64,000 nucleotides of DNA from Azolla caroliniana. Its lineage: Eukaryota; Plantae; Polypodiophyta. Made by a program: the position numbers and the translations under genes. The stretch is from NCBI GenBank assembly GCA_043228905.1, contig JBHGNT010000003.1, forward strand, positions 18,538,001 to 18,602,000, written 5' to 3'. Numbering within the stretch: position 1 is the first letter of the stretch; every line of letters starts with the position of its first letter. Positions 13,559-23,225 of this stretch are shown here, piece after piece. The notes beneath the pieces are model-generated. The model had not been told where the DNA came from. It saw only the letters and a list, made by a program, of their open reading frames with translations, and searched no databases.

Positions 13559-16500
13559 TGTCGTGCCTTTCGGCTCCGGATCGTTGTGTGAATCGGGTGG
13601 GAACTGCTGGGGTTTTGGACTAGGAGGAAAGAAATTTCTAAGGCAATTAAGAATATGAAATATATTGTAAGAAAGAAAGATATGAAAACCTCGTGAATCC
13701 CACGAGTATAGTGTATTAGTGAGTGATCAAATTAAGAGAGAAAGAATAGTTAGCAAATTCGTGAATCCCACGATTATCTTATATTAATCAACCCTTGTAA
13801 AATAATCAACAACCTCTATACATCTTTCTCTCTTCCTTATATAGTGTTGGAAGAGTCTAAGTTTATCACATGCAAGCGTCATGCTTTTTCTATCTTTAGT
13901 TTTCATGCACACTGCATGTGCATGATTAGCTTTCTATCTCATCTTTTCTTTTTAACTCGAGTGTCTATGCATGAATAACTTTTGTACCATGCATGTCTAG
14001 AAATTTTACATGGAATAAAGTTTAGTAGAACTTTAAAATTCATGATACCCTACTATAATGATAAGGCTTAACATTATTGACATGGAGGTGCAAGGTTCCA
14101 CGACACATGGTCAATCGTGAAGATCACCATCGGCTCCACTATCTTCGGGTCAGCGCATCCTATTTCTTTCGATGTAAATGCAAATGCTCTCCCATGTCAC
14201 TCTAGCATCCCACGGAATCGTTCTTCTTCATTCTTTAATAGGAACCCACCTCCACCAATCCAAAGTTTCTTCCGGGTCTCATCCGTGAAGGCATGCCCGA
14301 TATCCATGGACTTCCGAAGTGTCGGATCCCCCGAGACTTCTTTCCTCTTTTGTTCGCTATCTGCGGGTAACGGTCCCGCGGCCGGTTTCACTTTCTTCTC
14401 CACGGTCTTGTATTTCGTACTTACCATTGCTTCTTCTTTGCGGAGCGCATCCGGCCCCATTTTCACAATGATCTTGTACATCTCGACCGACTCCACCGGA
14501 ATTACCCGGTTTCCCTGGCTTGTATCTTCCGCGAGCTCTTCAAGCCCTTGTAGTGTGCTCCCATAGAACACCTCTTCGACTATTCCCACGATTTCTTCAT
14601 CTTCTTTTATTATTGATGCTGACTGTAACTTATCCTCCACTTTTCGGTATTCTTTCTTCATTCCTCCGGTTACAGCCTTGTACGTGGATGCCCCATCCGG
14701 ACCGATTCGTACTTGTTTTGCACCGAGAGGTTTCTTCCTGTGTGGGGTATCAGGGCTTCTCGGACTATCACTTCCCCACTCCGCAACAGTCCGCTCTAAA
14801 AATCCATTCTTGTTTGGGACAAGAGCTCTCTCTTGTTCCTTTCATGATTTGCCGGCACCGTTAGGAATTGGACGGATTTCCCTCTGTTTTGGCTCCGAAT
14901 TCGTGCAAAAGCCGCACCGCTATCGAGCACCTTCGTCTCCATCTGTGATGCCGTGATAAAAGGTTGCCCGAGGATCACGGAGTGTGAGACCTCGTCTTGT
15001 ACGAAGAAATTTTGATCGATCTCGACATCCCCGATCTTCACCATCACACCCGGACAAGCCGCAAATAGATCTTCCGTTGCTTTAGTGGCCGCCCGGATCT
15101 TCCACCCATGATTCGTGTTAATAGGCCACTTACCCTTCCGGTAGAATTCCTTGGACATCAAATTGATCTCCGATCCGTGATCAATCAATGCTAGCACGGG
15201 TTCTTTGATGCTACCGATTCGGACCGGAGTCTCCGTAGTTGCGCGTGCCCAGTGTGGCTTTGTGTAGTGAGAATTCGGTATTTCGTCCTCCAATTCGGTG
15301 TCATTCATTAGAATGGTATTTGCATTCACCCTTGGAGCGTTCTCCTCCGTACTTTGCCTTTTTCTCTTCACGAGATCCACAAGAAGATCGTGGAACTCCT
15401 TCTTCGCTATTCTGAGTAATTCTCGAAGCGAAAAATCTACCCAGCTATCGAGGATTCTCTCCTCGAACACCTTTTTCAAGTCCGTTTGTTGTTCGATGTC
15501 CGAGGCGAGCTTGAATGCCGGAATCATCTTTTCTTTTCCCTTACCTCCGGAGTTCCAGCTTTCCGGTGTCTTCGATGGACCGGCCCCCTCATCCGTGCGC
15601 CGCCGCTTCTCATCTACATACACTTCATGCAATTGGCATAATGCAAACACGCTATTCTTATCGACGGGGCACTCCCATCCCGTAGCTTCCCGGATGCCTT
15701 CCGCGGTGCTTCGGATCTCGTTAGAGTCGGTTTTCTCGATGTTTTCTAGCACTTCCGGCCAAAAAGACACCTTTGATCCCGATGACTCCCTGACACGTAT
15801 TCCCGCGGTTGTCACGTAATTGTTCTTCGCTGCTATTTCCTCCTCTAGGACCTTCTTCATGCCACCTTTTCGGAAGTTCGGTCAGAGTGGCTTCCGAGAA
15901 TCCATCGAATGAATCTGATTTCCCTCGTAGTAGATAAGATCCCGTCGTAACGCCTCCTTGTGCTCGTCGCAATCCCTCCGATCATGTTCGATGCTATCGC
16001 ACCATATGCATCGACAGTCCATATACTTGGAACTTGTGGGACGGTCATCCAACTTCTTCACCATCGCGATTTTTAGATTCTCCATCTCCTTCAGCAACTG
16101 CTCCACCGTAGTTGCGTCGATTCCCTTCTCAGTCATAGCTTCCCGAGCCCGCGGTTGATGGTCTTCCGACCCGGATCTCGGTTTCGGAATCGGTTCCGAA
16201 ACCCTCTTTTCTTCGTTGGCAAGCCATTGCCCCCTCTTTGTGTATCGCGCGACGATATCCTGCACGCTTTCCCATGTTTCGGTGAGGCCGCTCTTGGTAG
16301 TCGTGTCCTCTAGAAGCACTCCAAGATCCTTCCGGTCCCGGACATCTACGGCTCGTAAGAACATGATAACTTTGTCCGGTGCGAGGATAGCTTGATCTCT
16401 CACAGACAACCTTCCGAACCGACTTTCGAATGCCGAGAACACATCGAGGACCTTCATCCCCTTGTCCGGTGTTTCTACCCAATCCTCGAATCCTCTCTGC

Positions 16501-17773
16501 GTTGCCTTGGAGGAGTCCTCGATAGCGAACGTGGTCTTTAGCGCCTCTTCAAACGCTTCCCACGTCGGATTTTGTTGTCGTAGCCCGTGGATACTTGCTT
16601 GAAGCCCGTCGGTAGCCACCCGGTTGAAGGATACCACTTGCAATGTTTCCAAAATCCCGCACCATAGCATTTCCGCATTGTAGTCCCGAAGATAGCACGA
16701 TACGTCCTTTCCGTTGAATTGCCCGATCCGTTGCACGAGCCGCTCTACTGCCGCCGCTATCTCCGACATCGCACGTTGTTCCTGAAGCATCCGCTCGAAC
16801 ATCATCATCATGTTGTTAGCCTCCGGTTGATTTTCCATCTCCTTGCCACCCGTGTTCACCTCGGGTTCACCACTTGTGTCGTGCCTTTCGGCTCCGGATC
16901 GTTGCGTGAATCAGGTGGGAACCGATGGGGTTTTGGACTAGGAGGAAAGAAATTTCTAAGGCAATTAAGAATATGAAATATATTGTAAGAAAGAAAGATA
17001 TGAAAACCTCGTGAATCCCACGAGTATAGTGTATTAGTGAGTGATCAAATTAAGAGAGAAAGAATAGTTAGCAAATTCGTGAATCCCACGATTATCTTAT
17101 ATTAATCAACCCTTGTAAAATAATCAACAACCTCTATACATCTTTCTCTCTTCCTTATATAGTGTTGGAAGAGTCTAAGTTTATCACATGCAAGCGTCAT
17201 GCTTTTTCTATCTTTAGTTTTCATGCACACTGCATGTGCATGATTAGCTTTCTATCTCATCTTTTCTTTTTAACTCGAGTGTCTATGCATGAATAACTTT
17301 TGTACCATGCATGTCTAGAAATTTTACATGGAATAAAGTTTAGTAGAACTTTAAAATTCATGATACCCTACTATAATGATAAGGCTTAACATTATTGACA
17401 TGGAGGTGCAAGATTCGAATCTTGCCCTATGCATGTAATATATATATTTTTATACTTTCTTCTATTTACAAATACGTCTCTTCATCCGGTGAGAGACTCT
17501 CACCGGCCTTCTTCATCCGGCTCTTCCCGGTTCTGCTTCATCCGGTGCTTGATAGTTTTCTTTGTCCGGTTCTTACCAGGACCTCCTTACCGATCTCTTC
17601 GTCCGTTTCTCACCGACTCTCACCGGCCTTCTTCATCCGGCTCTTGCCGGTTCTCCTTGCCGGTTTCGGTCCTTACTGGTTCCTTCTTCTGGTTCTCACC
17701 GGGTACTCCATGTCCTATCCGGAGAGACCAAAAATGTAATTTTTTCACGTAGTGTACGAATTACACTACGACA
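13559..17773 (-). mobile_element. Internally deleted Trp-primed gypsy element (gag-PR and pol linker only)
   Basis: 5' LTR 16877-17773; 3' LTR remnant 13559-14094, near-identical. PBS TGGTGAACCCGAGGTGAA at 16872-16855. CCHC CIWCDSIEHDRRDC, protease LIDHGSE. TSD GCAG/GCGG. Confidence 0.9.
17362..17433 (+). promoter_or_regulatory. Degenerate tRNA-derived cassette, antisense to its host LTR
   Basis: TACTATAATGA (17369-17379) ... GGAGGTGCAAGATTCGAATCTTGCCCTATGC; homologous to the cassette at 29419-29490. Confidence 0.55.
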
Positions 17774-19360
17774 GCGGAGATAAACTGTGTGTGTGCACTC
17801 GTAGGACAATAGAGAGAGAGAGAGAGAGAGAGAGCTTACACAAGAAGTTGTATATTAGCAAGGAAAGATAAATTACATCCAATAGTAACTAAGTTACAAA
17901 AGGTTGGTTTAAATACCAACTAGTCTAGGGCAATTGCAACTGCCCTTTTGTTATTTACAAAACTAGCCTAATGTGTGCACTACTAGTGTGAAATCAATTC
18001 TTTGAGGAAGTTGAGTTTGATTCTCAACATGCCCCTTCGAACACAACTTCTAAATGCCGAAACATTGATTCGGTTCAGTCTTCGAAATATTTCGATTCCG
18101 TTGAATCGGCTTCGATTTTCGAATTACTTTGATTTGGTTGTTTAGCTGGATTCGGCTTTCGGCTGTATGTTTGGATAGTCAGTCAAGACGGTTTCAATTG
18201 TTCGATTGCTTCGTGCTCCTTGTTCTGCTCGATAGTTATCATCATACTTCAACTCCTATGGTCGGCTTCGATCAACTGATCGGCTATTGTTTGACTTTGG
18301 TTGTTGTACTCCCCTTCCAGCTTGGTTGGTTGGTGATCGAGAGGCCAAGGTTTGTCGCAAACTTCCGCAACTTGTCGATACCCAAGGCTTTTGTGAAGAT
18401 ATCAACCACCTGAAGATTTGTGTTGATGTGTTGTAAATCGACATTTTCAACCTGAATGCGCTCTCGGATGAAGTGATAGTGCACTTCTATATGCTTAGTC
18501 CACACATGGAATACGGGGTTTAGAGCCAGGTAGATACTGCTCATTTTGTCGTAGTATAGGAGAACAGATCCTTGATGGCAATGCCTAGATCCTTCAATAT
18601 GCACTTCAGCCAGATGGCCTCACATGCGACGACTGTCGCGCCCCTATATTCGGCCTCTGTGCTCAATAGTGCGACTATCGGCTACTTTCTACTACTCCAA
18701 GAGATCACTCTGCTGACAAGGGAGAAGACGAACTCGGATGTGGATCATCGATTAGCTTATTAACCGGTCTAATCTGCATCTGAGTACCCTTCGAGTCTAA
18801 TGATCGTGTTCGATTTGTATAGGATGCCGAAATCCATCGTCCCACATACGTACCGGAGTACTCTCTTAGCGCAATCGAGAACATTTCGAGGATTTTGCAT
18901 GAATTGACTAAGTAGACAGACCGTATAGTTGAGATCGGGTCGCGTGATGGTAAGGTAGATCAAGTTGCTGATCAGTTGACGGTACTGATTCGGCTCGCAC
19001 TCTGTAGTGCCCGAGTCAACATCGAGCTTGAGATTTCGATTGAGAGGGGTAGACACAGGTTTGCACTCAGTCATCCCGAGCTTGTTGTGAAGAATAACGC
19101 GGAATATTGCCCCGGCCACAACCGAGTCTTTGAACACTTCACTTGGAATGAAAACACAAAAATGGGAAATGGAGAGTACAAACGGAAATGACACAGGATG
19201 TTTACGTGAAAAACCCTAATAGGGAAAAACCATAGGAGCCCACGGACTCCAACTATCACTATATGAGAGTAAGCATAAAGTGGAGGCACAGAGGCAACGA
19301 CCTCATGCTCGTGATCTTCGCCAGACGACGGTTACAACAGAGAGTGCTTGTAGCTGTCAT

Positions 19361-19431
19361 GATATGGCAAGACTCGAACCCATGACCTTATGGTATATGG
19401 GTCGAGCTCTTAACCATCACACCATCTATTG
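19361..19431 (-). promoter_or_regulatory. tRNA-derived A/B-box cassette at the start of the 5' LTR
   Basis: A box TGGTGTGATGG at 19424-19414, AGGTC variable-loop motif, B box GGTTCGAGTC at 19380-19371. Confidence 0.7.
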
Positions 19432-19853
19432 TAATTCATAGGATATTATTTTCATTTATGTTTTATTATAAGAAAGTAATGTATATTCCAGATTTCTCTG
19501 GAACATTCTAGAAGTTTCACGATTACTCCTGACAACACTATAAAAGAAGGCACTAGACATTATGTTGAACCAAATTGGTTCAACGCCAGTCTTAAGCCTC
19601 TTAGCCGCTTTGTACTTATCTTTTCACATAATATATTAGCTGTTGTCATCATCTTTCTCTCTCTCTCCTCTTCTCACTTCCTCTCTTGAGAATCTCACGC
19701 AGTCCCGTCTTCTTAGTACTAATAGTACTTCTCTTCTTAGTACTAATTCCATCTCTGCTTTAGTACTATTCCTGACAGTTTGAACCAATTTTCCTTCCTT
19801 TCCTCCAGCCTACTTGTCGTTCTCCCTCATCCTCCTACCCTTTTCCCTATACT

Positions 19854-21011
19854 ATGGCTACTGTTAGTGCCCAAGAATATCAATCCGTTTTCTCCAAGTT
19901 ACAGTGCCTAAAAGAAAAGTTTGTTGCCCTGGAACAAGAAAACCAACGGTTGATAGGGGATCTGCAACAAATCGCTCTCGAAAAACAACAAACGCAACAA
20001 CAACATGGGGAGTTAGCGTTACGGGTACAACAACTTGAAGCAGCGTTGCAACAACAAGGATCAAGTCCCCAAGGATTTCATAAAGAGCCCAAGATTGGAC
20101 TTCTTGTGAAATTTGATGGAACACGATCGCAATTCCGGGGATTCCTTAATCAGGTACGCTTAGTCATCCAGATGCATCCTTCCCGATATCCCACTGATGC
20201 ATCTCGAGTCGGCCTAATAGGCACGTTACTTAGTGGCTCAGCCTTGGCATGGTTCGCTCCACTTCTAGAAAAACAATCACCCTTGCTTAATAACTTTGAA
20301 GATTTTATTGGTGAGTTTAAAGCTTGCTTTGGAGATACCGACAACATCAGGACGGCGATCAACAAGATCCGAAGATTGCGTCAAGGAAATCGTCCAGCCT
20401 CGGCCTACGGGGCAGATTTCCGTCTACTCGTCTCAAATATCCCTTGGGATGATCAGGCCCTCATGGAGCAGTTTCGCTACGGCTTGCGCAACGATGTCAA
20501 AGACTTGCTTTTAACCTTCCCCGAGGAACCAAAGTCTCTTACGGAGGCAATCAGTCAAACGGTCCAATGCGACAACTGCCTTTTCGAACAGCGTTCGGAA
20601 CGTCAGTTACAAATACCACGCTCTTGGCCGGAACCCACATACGCCTCTGTCACGGCTAAACCGTTTGCACGCGATGTACCTCAAGCCAATATTCCGACAC
20701 CGATGGAGATCAACACCATGCGTCGACGCGGCCCGTTATCGGAAGAAGAAAAGCAACGACGACATGCCAATCGATTATGTCTTTATTGCGGTGGACCAAG
20801 GCATATCGCCATCAATTGTCCCCATAGGCCAAGAAGACAGGTAAATCAAATCGTCGCCTGTACTAAACCCGAGTCAATTATTCCCTTCGGAGTGTTTGAT
20901 AGTATTAATAGTACTAATAGAGTGTCAGATAGTATTCATAGTACTAATAGCCCAAGTATCTCAAATAAATTTGAAATCCTTAGTCAATTAGATGAAGAGT
21001 TAAACGATTGA
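19854..21011 (+). CDS. gag: Retrotransposon Gag (coiled coil, capsid, CCHC knuckle), intact 385 aa
   Basis: KFDGTRSQFRGFL, LRQG..AS.Y, FRYGL, PTPMEI and CLYCGGPRHIAINC motifs. Confidence 0.9.
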   Translation: MATVSAQEYQSVFSKLQCLKEKFVALEQENQRLIGDLQQIALEKQQTQQQHGELALRVQQLEAALQQQGSSPQGFHKEPKIGLLVKFDGTRSQFRGFLNQVRLVIQMHPSRYPTDASRVGLIGTLLSGSALAWFAPLLEKQSPLLNNFEDFIGEFKACFGDTDNIRTAINKIRRLRQGNRPASAYGADFRLLVSNIPWDDQALMEQFRYGLRNDVKDLLLTFPEEPKSLTEAISQTVQCDNCLFEQRSERQLQIPRSWPEPTYASVTAKPFARDVPQANIPTPMEINTMRRRGPLSEEEKQRRHANRLCLYCGGPRHIAINCPHRPRRQVNQIVACTKPESIIPFGVFDSINSTNRVSDSIHSTNSPSISNKFEILSQLDEELND

Positions 21012-21143
21012 GTCCAGCCAAAATAGGAGCTATTTGGTTGGACAGCAGCCCTAGATCTGTACAACCCATTAGTGGTTCCATTCCTTCTAAGCAAGTTAGC
21101 AATGTGTTCCTAGCCCATTAGTGGTTCCATTCCTTCTAAGCAA

Positions 21144-23137
21144 GACATCCTGGCGCACATTGATACTTCTCGGGCATCCTATTCTCAGTCTCAACAACCA
21201 AGTATTGACTACCGACAATTCGAATATCATGATGGTTTGTTATTCTTTAAAAAGTGCGTATATGTCCCCGATTGCTCCTGTCGCCTTCAAATCGTCCAGC
21301 ATTGTCATGATACCCATACAACGGGACATTTCGATAGTACTAAGACATTGGAGCTAGTGCAACGATCTTTTTGGTGGCCCTACATGCGCCGTTTTGTTGA
21401 CGACTACGTTCGGACCTGTGATGCTTGCTGCCGAGCAAAGATACCACGACACCATCCATATGGCTTGTTGGAACCCTTACCTATTCCAAGTAAGCCATGG
21501 CAGTCTATTTGTCTTGATTTTATCACAGATCTGTCGGTCTCGCAGGGGTTCGATGCTATCTTAACCATCGTCGATCGATATACGAAGATGGCACATTTCG
21601 TTCCGTGTACTAAGGCCATCACTAGCAAGGAAACTGCCGCCCTAGTCATGCGTGAGGTATTTCGGCATCATGGCCTCCCAGACAGTATCATCAGTGACCG
21701 AGGACCGCAATTTGTCTCCAAATTTTGGCAACATCTCTTCAAGATGCTCAAGGTCTCTTGCAACCTCTCCTCCGGCTACCATCCTTAGACCGATGGGCAG
21801 GTGGAACGAACAAACCAAACGTTGGAGCAATATCTCCGTCGTCGATCGATATACGAAGATGGCACATTTCGTTCCGTGTACTAAGGCCATCACTAGCAAG
21901 GAAACTGCCGCCCTAGTCATGCGTGAGGTATTTCGGCATCATGGCCTCCCAGACAGTATCATCAGTGACCGAGGACCGCAATTTGTCTCCAAATTTTGGC
22001 AACATCTCTTCAAGATGCTCAAGGTCTCTTGCAACCTCTCCTCCGGCTACCATCCTTAGACCGATGGGCAGGTGGAACGAACAAACCAAACGTTGGAGCA
22101 ATATCTCCGTCGTCGATCGATATACGAAGATGGCACATTTCGTTCCGTGTACTAAGGCCATCACTAGCAAGGAAACTGCCGCCCTAGTCATGCATGAGGT
22201 ATTTCGGCATCATGGCCTCCCAAACAGTATCATCAGTGACCGAGGACCGCAATTTGTCTCCAAATTTTGGCAACATCTCTTCAAGATGCTCAAGGTCTCT
22301 TGCAACCTCTCCTCCGGCTACCATCCTTAGACCGATGGGCAGGTGGAACGAACAAACCAAACGTTGGAGCAATATCTCCGGTGTTTCCTGAGTTATCAGC
22401 AGGACGATTGGGCCGAGATTCTCCACTTTGCGGAGTTTGCGTATAATAATGATGTTCACTCCTCGACTCGAATCTCCCCATTCTACGCTTATACCGGTTC
22501 TCATCCTCGTTGGTCGGTGATCGACACCCCGGAACTACCTACCAATCCTCGTGCCGGGGATCATTTGGAGAGACTACGCAAGATCCAGACAGATCTCTCG
22601 ACTCATCTTCTTCATGCTCAACAGACACAGAAGACTTACGCGGATCGTCATCGGCTTCCCTCCTCTTTCGCCATCGGAGATCGAGTATGGCTCTTACGTC
22701 GTCACATCAAGACTACTCGACCGTGTGACAAGTTGGATTATCGACGACTCGGTCCTTTCCGTATTATGGGTAAGGTTAATGATGTCACATTCCGCCTTGA
22801 TCTCCCTCCGCAGCTTCAGATACATCCAGTTTTCCATTGTTTTCTTCTTGAACCTTATAAAGCAAACACCATTCCCGATCGTGTTACACCACCGCCGCCC
22901 CCGCTCGAGTTGGACGCCGACCCGGAGTATGAAGTTGTTGCCATCCTCGATTCCAAACTTATTCGCAACAAACTTTATTATTTGGTCGATTGGCTTGGTT
23001 ATAGTCCGAGCGAACGCACTTGGGAACTCGTCGAGCATGTTGTCAATGCTCAGGATCTGCTTGCCGATTTCCACCGAAAGTATCCGGACAAACCCGGTCC
23101 GCAATCAACACCGACTCGTTCCACTCGTCGTCTTTAA
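21144..23137 (+). pseudogene. Integrase with chromodomain, disrupted by a stop codon and an internal triplication
   Basis: HHCC zinc finger, LDFITDL, SDRGPQF, HP*TDGQVER, GPF motif, chromodomain YEVVAILDS...YLVDWLGY...TWE. Confidence 0.88.
21568..22380. repeat. 3 x 271-bp tandem repeat of the integrase core
   Basis: Units start at 21568, 21839 and 22110; copy 3 differs by two G>A changes. Confidence 0.95.
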
Positions 23138-23154
23138 GGGGGAGATAGTGTCAT

Positions 23155-23225
23155 GATATGGCAAGACTCGAACCCATGACCTTATGGTATATGGGTCGAG
23201 CTCTTAACCATCACACCATCTATTG
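23155..23225 (-). promoter_or_regulatory. tRNA-derived cassette, 3' LTR copy
   Basis: Identical to 19361-19431. Confidence 0.7.

Noticed and set aside
21568-22380. Regular repeats as a CRISPR-like array
   Set aside because: Head-to-tail copies of integrase with no spacers, in a eukaryotic context.
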